Positions 38,394 to 49,159 of a stretch of 64,000 nucleotides of DNA are shown here, in pieces. A program made the position numbers and the translations under genes. Position 1 is the stretch's first letter; each line of letters begins with the position of its first letter. The stretch comes from an uncultured Chloroflexia bacterium (GTDB taxonomy: Bacteria > Chloroflexota > Limnocylindria > Limnocylindrales > CSP1-4), in the NCBI GenBank assembly GCA_963780375.1, contig CAWABV010000008.1, forward strand, positions 539,619 through 603,618, in the 5' to 3' direction. Below the pieces are notes generated by a model. The model saw only the letters and a list, made by a program, of their open reading frames with translations, did not search any database and had not been told where the DNA came from.

Positions 38394-39758
38394 GTGGGCG
38401 AGGCGTTCTTCGGCGAGGTGGCCGAGCCGATCCGTTTCGAGGGGCTCGAGTCGTCGAACCCGTTCGCCTTCAAGGTCTACGACAAGGACCGCATGGTGCT
38501 CGGCAAGAGGATGGAGGATCACCTCCGGCCCGGCGTCTGCTTCTGGCACTCCTTCGCGTGGCCGGGGCTTGACATGTTCGGGATCGGCACGCTCGACAGG
38601 CCTTGGCTGACCGGCACGGGCGACCCGATGGCCGACGCGCGGACGAAGATGGCGGTCGCGTTCGAGTTCTTCGCGAAGATCGACATCCCGTACTACTGCT
38701 TCCACGATCGGGACGTCTCGCCTGAGGGCGACACGTTCGAGGAGTTCCGGTCGAACCTGGATGCGCTCGTCGACGACGCCGTCCGCTACCAGGAGCAGAC
38801 GGGCGTGCGGCTCCTGTGGGGCACGGCCAACCTCTTCACGCATCCGCGGTACCAGGCAGGGGCCGCGACCAATCCTGACCCCGACGTCTTTGCCTACGCC
38901 GCGGCGCAGGTCAAGCACATGCTCGAGGTCACCCATCGGCTCGGTGGTCAGAACTACGTCCTGTGGGGCGGGCGTGAGGGCTACGACACCCTCCTCAACA
39001 CCGATCTCAGGCGCGAGGGCGACCAGCTGGCCCGCTTCCTCACGATGGTCGCGGACCACAAGCACAAGATCGGGTTCGACGGGCAGCTCCTGATCGAGCC
39101 GAAGCCGATGGAGCCCACCAAGCACCAGTACGACTACGACGTCTCCACGGTCCACGGCTTCCTCGTCAGCCACGGCCTGGCGGGCGAGTACCGGGTCAAC
39201 ATCGAGGCGAACCACGCGACCTTGGCGGGGCACAGCTTCCATCACGAGGTCGCGTTCGCCGTCGCCAACGGAACCCTCGGCTCGATCGACGCCAACCGAG
39301 GCGACCCCCAGAACGGCTGGGACACCGACCAGTTCCCGAATTCGGTCGAGGACCTGGCGCTTCCGATGTACGAGATCCTGCAGCACGGCGGGATCGCGCC
39401 CGGTGGCTTCAACTTCGATGCCAAGCTGCGCCGGCAGAGCAGCGATCGCGCCGACCTGTTCCATGCCCACATCGGGGGGCTCGACACGCTTGCCCGAGCG
39501 CTCCTCGTGGCGGCCGATCTCGTCGAGCGCGGCGAGCTCGCGAAGCTCAAGGCTGAGCGCTATGCCGGATGGGATGGTCCGCTCGGGCGGGCGATCCTCG
39601 ACGGTAGCGAGTCGCTCGGATCGCTCGAATCGAGGGTCGCGTCACGCGAGGTGGATCCGCGCCGGACGTCCGGTCACCAGGAGCTGCTCGAGAACCTCGT
39701 CAACCAGTCGATCTGGGCGGTGGACGCGTCGCGGGTGGCGTCGGGCGCCCGGCGCTGA
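38394..39758 (+). CDS. xylA: xylose isomerase, class II (long form, about 450 aa)
   Basis: GTG start after GGAGGA. N-term [17 protein letters not shown]...GKRMEDHLR...FWHSF is collinear with the E. coli/Bacillus-type XylA. Metal ligands are in the FHD...WGGREGY region. Confidence 0.85.
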   Translation: MGEAFFGEVAEPIRFEGLESSNPFAFKVYDKDRMVLGKRMEDHLRPGVCFWHSFAWPGLDMFGIGTLDRPWLTGTGDPMADARTKMAVAFEFFAKIDIPYYCFHDRDVSPEGDTFEEFRSNLDALVDDAVRYQEQTGVRLLWGTANLFTHPRYQAGAATNPDPDVFAYAAAQVKHMLEVTHRLGGQNYVLWGGREGYDTLLNTDLRREGDQLARFLTMVADHKHKIGFDGQLLIEPKPMEPTKHQYDYDVSTVHGFLVSHGLAGEYRVNIEANHATLAGHSFHHEVAFAVANGTLGSIDANRGDPQNGWDTDQFPNSVEDLALPMYEILQHGGIAPGGFNFDAKLRRQSSDRADLFHAHIGGLDTLARALLVAADLVERGELAKLKAERYAGWDGPLGRAILDGSESLGSLESRVASREVDPRRTSGHQELLENLVNQSIWAVDASRVASGARR

Positions 39759-39762
39759 CCGC

Positions 39763-41253
39763 GTGGCCTATGTCGTCGGCCTCGACGCGTCGACGACGGC
39801 CACCAAGGCCGTCCTGGTCGATGCCGACGGCACCGTCGTCGGGATCGGCACGAGCGAATACGAGTTCGACGTCCCCCAGCCCGGCTGGACGGAGCAGTCA
39901 CCGGAGCTCTGGTGGGACGGCGCGGTCGACGCGATCCGATCGGTGCTCTCGACGACAGGCGTCAACGGCGCTGATGTCGCCGCGGTCGGGCTGACCGGTC
40001 AGATGCACGGCCTCGTCCTGCTGGACGAGGGCGATCGTGTGCTCCGCCCAGCCATCCTGTGGAACGACCAGCGCACGGCGCATGCCTGCGACGAGATCCG
40101 CGAGGCGGTCGGGTCGGGTCGACTGATCGCCATCACCGGGAACACCGCATTGACCGGCTTCACGGCCCCGAAGCTCGTGTGGGTCCGCGATCACGAGCCC
40201 GAGGTCTGGGCGCGCGTCTCGCATGTGCTCCTGCCCAAGGACTACGTCAGGCTGCGGCTCACCGGGGAGCACGCCCTCGACAAGGCCGACGGCGCCGGGA
40301 CGTTGCTGTTCGACCTCGAGGCGCGGGACTGGTCTGCGGAGGTGCTCGACGCGCTCCGGATCGATCGACAGTGGCTGCCCCCGACGTTCGAAGGGCCAGA
40401 GGTGACCGGGCAGGTGAGGACTGCTGCGGCAGATGCGACCGGGCTCCGCGCCGGTACGCCGGTCGTCGCCGGCGGAGGCGACCAGTCGGCGAACGCGGTC
40501 GGGGTGGGGGCGGTCGTGCCGGGCGTCGTGGCTCTCTCACTCGGGACGTCCGGGGTCGTGTTCGCCACGACCGAGCAGGCACTCCGCGACCCCGCCGGCC
40601 AGGTGCACGCCTTCTGCCACGCCGTCCCGGGTCGATGGCACCTCATGACCGTGATGTTGTCTGCCGCCGGGAGCCTGCGCTGGTTCCGCGACACGGTCGC
40701 GCCCGGCGAGGACTTCGGCCCCTTGGTCGCGGCGGCCGCCGAAGTGCCCGCCGGATCGGACGGACTGTTGTTCCTGCCCTACCTGACCGGCGAACGGAGC
40801 CCGCATCCCGATCCGCTCGCACGCGGCGCGTTCGTGGGGCTCTCGATCGAACACGATCGACGGCACCTGACACGCGCCGTCCTGGAGGGCGTCGCGTTCG
40901 GGCTGCGCGATGGCCTGGACCAGATGATCGCGACGGGGATGCCCGCGCCCTCCCAGATCCGCGCGTCAGGCGGTGGCACGGCGAGCCCGTTATGGCGCCA
41001 GGTCCTGGCGGACGTCCTGGACTCCGAGCTCGCCACCGTGAGCACGTCCGAGGGCGCGGCGTTCGGCGCGGCCCTGCTGGGTGCGGTCGGGGCCGGCTGG
41101 CAGGCCTCGGTCGAGGAGGCGGCGAGTGCCTACGTGCGGGTCAGTCCTGCGGCATCACCCGGACCGGATGCGAGCCGGTATGCCGAGGCGCATGCCGCCT
41201 ATCGGGAGCTGTACCCGGCGCTCGCTCCGACGTTCCACCGAGCGGAGAGCTAG
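39763..41253 (+). CDS. xylB: xylulokinase (FGGY family)
   Basis: GTG start (VAYVVGLDASTTATKAVLV). FGGY N- and C-terminal domains (MHGLVLLD, GGGDQSANAVG, GGGTASPLWRQVLADV). Confidence 0.85.
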   Translation: MAYVVGLDASTTATKAVLVDADGTVVGIGTSEYEFDVPQPGWTEQSPELWWDGAVDAIRSVLSTTGVNGADVAAVGLTGQMHGLVLLDEGDRVLRPAILWNDQRTAHACDEIREAVGSGRLIAITGNTALTGFTAPKLVWVRDHEPEVWARVSHVLLPKDYVRLRLTGEHALDKADGAGTLLFDLEARDWSAEVLDALRIDRQWLPPTFEGPEVTGQVRTAAADATGLRAGTPVVAGGGDQSANAVGVGAVVPGVVALSLGTSGVVFATTEQALRDPAGQVHAFCHAVPGRWHLMTVMLSAAGSLRWFRDTVAPGEDFGPLVAAAAEVPAGSDGLLFLPYLTGERSPHPDPLARGAFVGLSIEHDRRHLTRAVLEGVAFGLRDGLDQMIATGMPAPSQIRASGGGTASPLWRQVLADVLDSELATVSTSEGAAFGAALLGAVGAGWQASVEEAASAYVRVSPAASPGPDASRYAEAHAAYRELYPALAPTFHRAES

Positions 41254-41284
41254 GCGGCGGGCTCGATGAACCGCGTCCGCCGAC

Positions 41285-42079
41285 TCAGGGGTGCAGCTCG
41301 AGTTGCTCGAGCTCCTTCTCGGTCGCCTCGTCGGGCCGCTTGCCGAGGATGATCATGCTGACGACCTCGTCCGGCGTGACCGAGTCCTTGGCGACCGTGT
41401 CGACGATCCGGCCGTGGTACATGACGCTGATCCGGTCGGACAGGTCGAACACGTCGTGGATGTCGTGGCTGATGAGGAAGATGCCGATCCCCTCCTCCTT
41501 CAGCTGGCGGATCAGGTTGCGCACCTGGGCGGTCTCCATCGGGCCGAGTGCAGCCGTAGGCTCGTCCATGATCATCACACGCGCATTGAAGTGGACCGCA
41601 CGGGCGATCGCGATCGCCTGGCGCTGGCCGCCCGACAACGAGCGGACCGGCATCGTGAAGTTGGTGAAGTTCGGGTTCAACCGTCCCATCACCTTGCGCG
41701 TCTCGGCCTCCATGCTCGAGTCGTCGAGCGAGCCGAGGCGCGTCGTGATCTCGCGGCCGAGGAAGACATTGCCCGGAGCATCGACGTTGTCCGCCAGCGC
41801 GAGGGTCTGGTAGATGGTCTCGATGTTGTAGGCCTTGGCGTCCCGCGGGTTGGTGATGCTGACGGTCTTCCCGTCCACCAGTACCTCGCCGGAGTCGGCC
41901 GGACGGGCGCCAGACAGGACCCGCATCAGCGTCGACTTGCCGGCGCCATTGCCCCCGACGATACCGACGACCTCCCCGGCATGGAGATCGATGCTCACGT
42001 CGCGCACGGCATGCACGCCGCCGAACGCGACGTTGATGCCACGCATCTCCACGATCGTCGGAGCGGCGACGGCAGTCAT
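41285..42079 (-). CDS. sugar ABC transporter ATP-binding protein (single-domain, XylG-like)
   Basis: Walker [10 protein letters not shown], signature LSGGQRQ, Walker [11 protein letters not shown]. Start at [14 protein letters not shown] within the longer ORF, overlapping the permease stop. Confidence 0.8.
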   Translation of the reverse strand: MTAVAAPTIVEMRGINVAFGGVHAVRDVSIDLHAGEVVGIVGGNGAGKSTLMRVLSGARPADSGEVLVDGKTVSITNPRDAKAYNIETIYQTLALADNVDAPGNVFLGREITTRLGSLDDSSMEAETRKVMGRLNPNFTNFTMPVRSLSGGQRQAIAIARAVHFNARVMIMDEPTAALGPMETAQVRNLIRQLKEEGIGIFLISHDIHDVFDLSDRISVMYHGRIVDTVAKDSVTPDEVVSMIILGKRPDEATEKELEQLELHP

Positions 42080-43416
42080 CGCGAAGCTCCCGCGGTCCCG
42101 CGTCGACGGTTGAGCGTATCGAAGCCGACGGCAACGATCAGCACGATCCCGGCAACGACGTTCTGGCCCGGAGAGTTCACGCCGATGAAGCTCAGGCCGT
42201 AGGCGAGCGACTGCATCACGAATGCGCCGAGCACCGCCCCCGGGATCGTCCCGATACCGCCAGCGAACGACGTCCCACCGACGACGGCAGCTGCGATCAC
42301 GTACAGCTCGTAGCTCTGGCCGATGTCGAGCGTCGCGCCATTGAGCCTGGCCGAGGCGATAGCGGCCGCCAGGGCGCACAGCATGCCCATCAGGACGTAG
42401 GTCTTGAGGATCTCTCGGCGGGTGTTGATGCCCGCCAGCTCGGCTGCATCAGGGTTGCCGCCATAGGCGTAGACGTACCGACCGAACCGACGACGCGTCG
42501 CGAGCCAGGTCATCACGAGCGTCACGCCGAGCAGCAGGATCAGCGGGTTGGGCAGGCCGGCGGGGATCCTCCAGCCGCCCGCGGGCTTCGGCCCCCAGTT
42601 CTGCTGGGCGGCGATGCGGTCGGCCAGGCCCTCCGGCCAGAAGTTGTTGTTCGCGAAGTTCGCGACACCGAGGACGAAGACGCAGCCGACGACCCCGATC
42701 AGCACCTCTGCCCACATCGGGCGGACCGGGAATCCGAACCGGCGCCGTTGGCGACGGTTGCTGATCAGCAACGCCACGATCGCGACGCAGCCGACGATCG
42801 CCAGCGCCCACGTCAGGGGGCCGCCGATCGAGCCCTGCGCCCCGCCGCCGATGAGCTGGAAGTTCGCATCCAGGCCAGACACCGCCGCGCCACTGGAGAG
42901 ATACCAGACGACGCCGCGGATCGAGAGGAGCCCGCCGAGCGTGACGATGAACGACGGAACGCCGATGTAGGCGATGATGAAACCCTGGAGCGCACCGATC
43001 GCCGCACCAAGCGCGATCCCGATGCCGAGGGCGATCACCCACCGGAAGGGAAAGTCCGTGGGCAGCCCGAGGACGTCCGGGAGGATGTTCGTCATCAGCA
43101 GCGCGTAGGTCATCGCGATGACGCCGACGAGCGAGCCGACGGACAGGTCGATGTTGCGCGAGACGATCACAAGGACCATCCCGGTCGCGATGATCGCGAT
43201 CCCCGAGGCCTGGACCGCGAGCGTGACCATGTTGTTCGGCGAGAAGAACTTGCCGCCGCTGATGACGTTGAACGTGATCAGGATGACGACGAAGGCGATG
43301 AGCATCCCGAACAGCCGGAGATCGATCTCCGCCTGCGCGAGGAGCTCACGGAGAGACGTCCGCGCCGGCGGCTCCGCCTTGCCGGGTACCGGTGTCGCAT
43401 CTGCAACGTTCGTCAC
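42076..43416 (-). CDS. sugar ABC transporter permease (XylH/RbsC-like with a long inserted periplasmic loop)
   Basis: Ten or more TM segments with an RbsC-type conserved C-terminal half ([35 protein letters not shown]). Confidence 0.8.
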   Translation of the reverse strand: MTNVADATPVPGKAEPPARTSLRELLAQAEIDLRLFGMLIAFVVILITFNVISGGKFFSPNNMVTLAVQASGIAIIATGMVLVIVSRNIDLSVGSLVGVIAMTYALLMTNILPDVLGLPTDFPFRWVIALGIGIALGAAIGALQGFIIAYIGVPSFIVTLGGLLSIRGVVWYLSSGAAVSGLDANFQLIGGGAQGSIGGPLTWALAIVGCVAIVALLISNRRQRRRFGFPVRPMWAEVLIGVVGCVFVLGVANFANNNFWPEGLADRIAAQQNWGPKPAGGWRIPAGLPNPLILLLGVTLVMTWLATRRRFGRYVYAYGGNPDAAELAGINTRREILKTYVLMGMLCALAAAIASARLNGATLDIGQSYELYVIAAAVVGGTSFAGGIGTIPGAVLGAFVMQSLAYGLSFIGVNSPGQNVVAGIVLIVAVGFDTLNRRRGTAGASR

Positions 43417-43510
43417 GGCGGCCTCTCCTCTGCCGGGATGATAGCGACCTACGCCCCCGGGGGACCCGGGGGCGCAGGTTCAGATGCGTCTCGAAGCGGT
43501 CAGCCGACCG

Positions 43511-44734
43511 TCACGAGCAGAGTGCCGCCGGGGTCGGACCCGTGGAGGCCTTCTCGCAGAGCTTGTCCTTCGTGATCCAGCCACCGTCCACGACCAGGTT
43601 CAGGTTCTCCTGGGTGATCGGGGTCGGCTGGAGGATGTAGGACTTGACGGTGTTTCCACCCGGGGTGGTGAAGTCCTGTGGGGTCGGCGACGTCGGAGCG
43701 ACGCTCGGGTCGACGAGACCGTCAGGAAGCGACACGCTCCCGAATTCGGTGCCCTGGCAGAGCGCGAGCGCCGTGGCGCCTGCCACCTTGCCGAGCTCGT
43801 TGGCGTTCTTCCACACGTCGACGTACTGGATGCCGGCCGCGACGTTCTGGAGGTTGGCCTCGTCGCCGTCCTGACCGCTGAGCGGCGGATACCCGTAGCT
43901 CTTCGAGGTCAGAGCGCCCGCGACGCCGAGCGCCGTGCTGTCGTTCTCGGCCAGGACCGCGTCGATCTTGTTGCCATCAGCGACCGCCTTGTCGATGATC
44001 GCTTCCATGTTCGACTGGGCCTTCTCGGTCTTCCAGGCGTCGGTATACGTCCCGGCGTCCTTCGGCCATTCGGTCCCACCCATGTTCAGGACCTTGATCT
44101 TGCCGCCGTCGACGGCTGTCTTCAGGCCGGCCTCGTCGAAGCCCTGCGGCAGGAACGTCGAGGCATTCGGGTCACCGGGGTCGCCCTTGATCAGGACGTA
44201 GTTGCCCTCCGGGACCTTCTTCAGGAGCGCTTCCGCCTCGGCCTTGCCGACCTTCACGTTGTCGAACGTGATGTAGAAGATGTCCGGGTCCTCGATGAGG
44301 CGGTCATACGCGATGACCTTCACGCCCGCATCCTTGGCCGCCTGGACACCGGGCAGCACGGCCTTCGTGTCCTGACCCAGCAGGATGAGGACCTTGGCTC
44401 CCTGACCGATCAGATTGTTGATGTCGGTCAGCTGCTGCTCGTTGCTGAGGTTCGCGTCGGCATCGATGTACGTGCCGCCGCCGTCCTCGACGGTCTTCTT
44501 GATGTTCGGCTGGTCGTTCTTGGCCCAGCGCGGCTGCTGGTAGTTGTTCCACGACACCGCGACCGTGCAGTCGGTCGCGCCGCCGGCCGATGCCGAGGCG
44601 GATCCGCTCGCAGCGGCGCTCTCGCTCGGTGCGGCCGAGCTCGGGGCCGATGTGGCTGCGCCACCCCCGCTGGAGCACGCCGCGAGCGCGAGGACGCCGC
44701 TCAACGAGAGCGCGAGCATCCGTCGATTTGACAT
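43511..44734 (-). CDS. sugar ABC transporter substrate-binding lipoprotein (XylF-like, type I PBP fold)
   Basis: Lipobox LALAACSSGG, a Ser/Ala linker, then an XylF-like domain (CTVAVSWNNYQQPRW, VIAYDRLIEDPD). Confidence 0.8.
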   Translation of the reverse strand: MSNRRMLALSLSGVLALAACSSGGGAATSAPSSAAPSESAAASGSASASAGGATDCTVAVSWNNYQQPRWAKNDQPNIKKTVEDGGGTYIDADANLSNEQQLTDINNLIGQGAKVLILLGQDTKAVLPGVQAAKDAGVKVIAYDRLIEDPDIFYITFDNVKVGKAEAEALLKKVPEGNYVLIKGDPGDPNASTFLPQGFDEAGLKTAVDGGKIKVLNMGGTEWPKDAGTYTDAWKTEKAQSNMEAIIDKAVADGNKIDAVLAENDSTALGVAGALTSKSYGYPPLSGQDGDEANLQNVAAGIQYVDVWKNANELGKVAGATALALCQGTEFGSVSLPDGLVDPSVAPTSPTPQDFTTPGGNTVKSYILQPTPITQENLNLVVDGGWITKDKLCEKASTGPTPAALCS

Positions 44735-44831
44735 GCGTTGTCTCCTCCTGTGCCGGTAGCCGTCATCGACGACGTCGTCGCAGGCTACTCCGTCAACCCC
44801 GCGCTGTCGCGGAACCTCCTTTCCGTCCTCC

Positions 44832-46088
44832 TCAGGCGCTTGCCAGCGCGGCCATGGTCCGGCGGGGACGCAACCAGGCCGCGGGGTCGGCGAGCAATGG
44901 TCCGAACGCGAGCTCCGCTGCCCCCAACAGGGGAGCGTCGTCTCCAAGGGAAGTGGGAACGACCCGCACGAGCCGACGCGAGGCGCGCAACACGCGCCGA
45001 TCGAGCTCGGCCTCCAGGGTCGATCGGACGAACGGATAGCTGGCGGTCAGCCGCCCACCCAGCAACACGAGGCTCGGATTAAGCACGTTGATGATCCCGG
45101 CGAGCCCGATCCCGAGCCAGCGCGCGGTCTCGGCGAACGCGTCCAACGCGGTCGGATCGCCCGCCTCCGCCTCGGCGAGCAGGGTCTCGAACGCCTCGCG
45201 ACCGCCCTCCGGTGACCGACCGGCCCGCCGCAGCAGCGCCATGGTGCCGACCTCGGTCTCCCAGCACCCGATCGACCCGCACCGACACGGCAGCCCGTCA
45301 GGGTTCACCGGGATGTGGCCGACCTCGCCGCCGTAGCCGGCGGCGCCGATCAGTTGCCGGCCATCCACGATAAGGCCACCACCGACACCGATCGAGCCCC
45401 AGATCAGGACCACGTCGTCGATGTCGCGGGCCGCACCACGACGATGCTCGGCAAGGACCGCGAGGTCGGCCTCGTTGGCGAAGGCGACCGGGACATCCAT
45501 CCGCAGGGCATCGGCGAGGACATCGCCGAGTGGCTCATCGCGCCAGCCGAGGTTCGGGGCCACCGAGACCATGCCGTCGCTGCGTCGGACGACACCGACG
45601 ACGGCGACCCCTACTCCGACGATGCTCTCCTCCGACGGGACCCGACCGCGAAGGTCGGCTGCGAGTCCCGCGAGTGCGGCGGCGATGTCCGCGACGCTCG
45701 AGCGCCCGCGCGGCAGGTCGATCCGCACATGATCGAAGACCTCCCCGCCAAGCCCGACGGTCGCGGCAGCGAGCAAATCGACGGCGATCTCCAACGCGAG
45801 CACGACGGCCCCGTTGGGATCGGCACGGACGAGCGGTGACGGTCGACCGGGCGTGCCGTCGAGCGCGGCGGGGCCTTCGAACGCGAGGCGACCGGCGACC
45901 AGCTCGCCGATGAGGCCCCGGATGGCGCTGCGCGTCAGACCGGTGCGTGTGACGAGATCCGAGCGGGACAGGGGTCCACTCGCGTGGAGCTCGCGGACGA
46001 TGGCGCTCAGGTTCGCTCGTCGAACGGTCTCGCTGCGATGGCCCAGCTCGTCCCGACCGATGAACACGGTTTTGTGTTCCTCTTTCAC
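44832..46088 (-). CDS. ROK-family transcriptional regulator (XylR/NagC-like)
   Basis: N-terminal HTH (RRANLSAIVRELHASGPLSRSDLVTRTGLTRSAIRGLI) and a ROK sugar-kinase-like domain with Zn-binding Cys/His (CRCGSIGCWE). Start may be an internal GTG. Confidence 0.8.
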   Translation of the reverse strand: MKEEHKTVFIGRDELGHRSETVRRANLSAIVRELHASGPLSRSDLVTRTGLTRSAIRGLIGELVAGRLAFEGPAALDGTPGRPSPLVRADPNGAVVLALEIAVDLLAAATVGLGGEVFDHVRIDLPRGRSSVADIAAALAGLAADLRGRVPSEESIVGVGVAVVGVVRRSDGMVSVAPNLGWRDEPLGDVLADALRMDVPVAFANEADLAVLAEHRRGAARDIDDVVLIWGSIGVGGGLIVDGRQLIGAAGYGGEVGHIPVNPDGLPCRCGSIGCWETEVGTMALLRRAGRSPEGGREAFETLLAEAEAGDPTALDAFAETARWLGIGLAGIINVLNPSLVLLGGRLTASYPFVRSTLEAELDRRVLRASRRLVRVVPTSLGDDAPLLGAAELAFGPLLADPAAWLRPRRTMAALASA

Positions 46089-46154
46089 GAATGTGCTGTG
46101 CGAGACTCGTACAAGGACGCGGTCATGTCAATACGGATATCGCGAGGAGGGGCC

Positions 46155-47153
46155 ATGTCGGGCACGGTTCGGTGGGGGATCCTGTCGACGGCGGACATCG
46201 GGCTGCGAAAGGTCATCCCCGGCATCCAGAAGGCCGCTCGCTGCGAGGTCGTCGCGATCTCGTCACGGGACGTCGAGGCCGCCCGTTCGGCAGCGGAACG
46301 ACTCCGTATCCCGACCGCCCATGGCTCGTACGAGGGACTCCTTGCGGACCCCGACGTCGACGCGGTCTACATCCCGTTGCCGAACCACTTGCACGCCGAA
46401 TGGACCATCGCCGCGCTCCGGGCCGGCAAGCACGTGCTGTGCGAGAAGCCCCTCGCGATGACCGCAGATGACGCGCAGCGGATGGTCGATGTCGCCCGTG
46501 AGACCGGCCTCCATCTCATGGAGGCGTTCATGTACCGCCACCACCCGACGTGGGTCGCGGCCTTGGATGTGGTCGACAGCGGCCGAATCGGCACGCTGGT
46601 GGCCGTGCAGAGCTGGTTCTCCTACTTCAACGACGACCCGGCCAACATCCGCAATGTCGTCGACTACGGCGGTGGCGCGTTGTTCGATATCGGCTGCTAC
46701 TCGATCAACCTCTCGCGGATGCTGTTCCACGGTGAGCCGTCCCGAGTCCAGGCGTCCCTGCGGCGCGATCCGGCCACCGGTGTCGACGTCCTCACGAGCG
46801 GGATCCTGGATTTCGAGGATGGGATCGCCACCTTCACCTGCTCGATGCGGAGCGAGTCCGATCAGCGGGTGGACATCTACGGCAGGAAAGGCCGAGTCTC
46901 GATCCAGATCCCCTTCAACATCCCGCCCGACCGGCCCACCCGGGTCTTCGTCACGGCCGGCGGGGATCCTCCGGTCGCGCCGGACACCGAGGTCGTCGAA
47001 TTCCCCACCGCCGACCCGTACACGGCGGAAGCCGAAAGATTCGCCACAGCCGTGCTGGACGGCGGTCCGACCCCCGTCCCGCCGGAAGACGCCGTCGCCA
47101 ACCTGCGGGTCATCGATGCGATCTTCGCCGCAGCCGGATCAGGGGTTCGCTGA
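46155..47153 (+). CDS. Gfo/Idh/MocA-family NAD(P)-dependent oxidoreductase (sugar dehydrogenase)
   Basis: GAGGAGG RBS. N-term VRWGILSTADIGLRKVIPGI Rossmann fold, EKPLA motif, and a C-terminal alpha/beta domain. Confidence 0.8.
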   Translation: MSGTVRWGILSTADIGLRKVIPGIQKAARCEVVAISSRDVEAARSAAERLRIPTAHGSYEGLLADPDVDAVYIPLPNHLHAEWTIAALRAGKHVLCEKPLAMTADDAQRMVDVARETGLHLMEAFMYRHHPTWVAALDVVDSGRIGTLVAVQSWFSYFNDDPANIRNVVDYGGGALFDIGCYSINLSRMLFHGEPSRVQASLRRDPATGVDVLTSGILDFEDGIATFTCSMRSESDQRVDIYGRKGRVSIQIPFNIPPDRPTRVFVTAGGDPPVAPDTEVVEFPTADPYTAEAERFATAVLDGGPTPVPPEDAVANLRVIDAIFAAAGSGVR

Positions 47154-49016
47154 GCCGTCGAAATAGCGCTGGGCACGCGCCATCGCGTCCTTGCCGCAGA
47201 TCGATCCGATCTTGCGACCCTCGAAGTCGTCCGCGGGCACGTGGATGCCCATGAACAACCTCGAGATCCCGGCCATGTCGGCCGCGTCGTAGTAGGTCGC
47301 CCATTGGATCGTGGTGTCCTGGGTCGGGCCCTCCTCATGGATGAGGTCGCCCTTCTTGGTCGTGAAGCTCGTGAGGCCCCCCGGGAAATACTCGCTGCCG
47401 GTAAATGCCGTGAGCACCTCGGCAGCGGCCCTACTGAACGTGCTGTGGCCTGACGGGTAGCCCGCGAAGGCGGGTGTCACGAACGTGCTGCGCTGGTACG
47501 GCACCCAGTCGACGGCGCGGATCCAACCGACACCACTCGTCTGGGTCTTGGGATCCGTAGGAAACCCGCGCCAGGCGTTGATGACGATGTCGCCGGGCTT
47601 CGCCTTCGCGTCGGCATGGCGGCCGCCGGGCGCGACGGATCGCGAGGTCGCGACCTCGATGAGGCCGGGCACGAGCGGCAATCCCTCGGCGTCGTAAGAA
47701 GGCCCTGCCGGATCGCTGGACTGGCCTCGCTCGCCCATGTACCGGATCTGCGAGATCGGTCGCGACGAATCGTAGAAGCCCTTGGCGCCCCACGTCGCGA
47801 TGGCCGCGTCATGGACCGCACCGTTCAAGGCGAGGTAGAGCTTCGTATCCCATTCCAGCCGATCGACCGGCAGGCCTTCGCCCCCGATCCGCAGCGCGAA
47901 GTCGGGCGAGTCGGCGATCTCGTTGGCGATGACGTTCCAGTGGCCCGGAGGCGTCTCGGACTTCGGACCGTCGGCCCAGTACTCCGCGAGGACCCGGGCG
48001 AAGTCCGCCTGGAGGACGACATGCGGCTCGTACGGCTGACTCGTGGCCGGGTTGACGTCGTGCCCGTGACCATCGTTGGTACCGAGGGTGTTGTTGCCGA
48101 ACTCGCCCGGGCTGATGTCGATCGTGATCCCGTTCGTGGCGTCGAGGAGATGACTTCGGCGGATGATCTCGACGGCCTCGTCCTTGAACTCCTGGTCGGT
48201 CGACGCGTCACCCAGCAACGGCGGCGGTCCCGGGTCGATCGGCGTTCCCTGATCCGACGGCGGCAGCGCGAACGACGTCACGTGTCCCCAGTACGGGCCG
48301 ATGAACGTCTGGACCTGCCCCGGGATCGGCAGGCCGTTCTGGGAGACCTGCTTGTCGAGCGCGAGGGGCTGCCAGTGGTTCGGGTCCTTCATGACCGTAC
48401 CGGGTTCGGCGACCACGAGCGGGTCGTTTTTCGGTACGTAGCTCGAGTCCTTATACCGCTCGTCCTCCTTCGCCCCGTCGGTCTCGCCGAAGGCGATGAC
48501 CGCCGCCGCGATCCGGTTGCCTAGCGCCGCGGGGCTGTCGCCGTCGGTGGAATCGAAATCGGTCTCCAGGCACAGGCTGGCCATCGTCTTGGCCAGCTCC
48601 TCCGGGGCGGCTTGGAGGTCTGACACAGTGCCGTAGCGCCAGAGCAGGATGCGATATGCGGCGTAGCTCATGGCCGTTTCCCGCGCCGCCTTCACGTCCT
48701 GCGCCGTGTGCTTCTCGGTCACGAAGTAGCCGTCGGCGGTCGGATCGTAGGCCGCCCAGGCGTCCCACATCGCGGCCGAGACATGGAACAGGTTGCGAGC
48801 GTGGACTGTAGGAGCCGGCACCACCTCTCGGATCAGCTGGAGGGTCTGCTCGTCCCAGACGCGTGCGACGGACTCGCCGCCAAGGTCGCCGCGGGTGCAC
48901 GCCTCGGCCTGGAAGGGTGGCTTCGTATCCGCACACGCTCCGACCATGAGAGCCACGAGGGCCATGCCCGCCAACAGCGTGCCGATCGGTGCACCGCGTC
49001 GCGATCCGTTCCTCAT
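47139..49016 (-). CDS. secreted PAP2-superfamily / vanadium-dependent haloperoxidase-like protein (625 aa)
   Basis: Signal/lipoprotein N-term (LLAGMALVALMVGACAD). C-terminal region carries the acid-phosphatase/haloperoxidase tripartite motif (K...SSRP, PSGHS, SR...H...D as ISRLFMGIHVPAD). Confidence 0.7.
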   Translation of the reverse strand: MRNGSRRGAPIGTLLAGMALVALMVGACADTKPPFQAEACTRGDLGGESVARVWDEQTLQLIREVVPAPTVHARNLFHVSAAMWDAWAAYDPTADGYFVTEKHTAQDVKAARETAMSYAAYRILLWRYGTVSDLQAAPEELAKTMASLCLETDFDSTDGDSPAALGNRIAAAVIAFGETDGAKEDERYKDSSYVPKNDPLVVAEPGTVMKDPNHWQPLALDKQVSQNGLPIPGQVQTFIGPYWGHVTSFALPPSDQGTPIDPGPPPLLGDASTDQEFKDEAVEIIRRSHLLDATNGITIDISPGEFGNNTLGTNDGHGHDVNPATSQPYEPHVVLQADFARVLAEYWADGPKSETPPGHWNVIANEIADSPDFALRIGGEGLPVDRLEWDTKLYLALNGAVHDAAIATWGAKGFYDSSRPISQIRYMGERGQSSDPAGPSYDAEGLPLVPGLIEVATSRSVAPGGRHADAKAKPGDIVINAWRGFPTDPKTQTSGVGWIRAVDWVPYQRSTFVTPAFAGYPSGHSTFSRAAAEVLTAFTGSEYFPGGLTSFTTKKGDLIHEEGPTQDTTIQWATYYDAADMAGISRLFMGIHVPADDFEGRKIGSICGKDAMARAQRYFDGSANP

Positions 49017-49159
49017 CGCGCGCTCTCCTCCAACGTCATTCCGGGGCGAAGCCGGAGGATGGCCCGGGGCATAGTGCCGGGTCAAGGGGGTTTGTGTACG
49101 TTGTGCTCTAATACCCCGGTCCGGGCTCGATCCATAGCGCGATCGGAGGGATTTCCAGC

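Noticed and set aside
37910-38473. 187-aa minus-strand ORF overlapping the small membrane protein gene
   Set aside because: Ser/Pro/Arg-rich low-complexity sequence. The plus-strand 95-aa ORF has a clean TM helix, but neither is certain.
41291-43575. Plus-strand ORFs (303 aa, 275 aa, 140 aa) antisense to the xylGH-like ABC genes
   Set aside because: Antisense to strongly conserved ABC ATPase/permease genes, with low-complexity D/R/E-rich translations.
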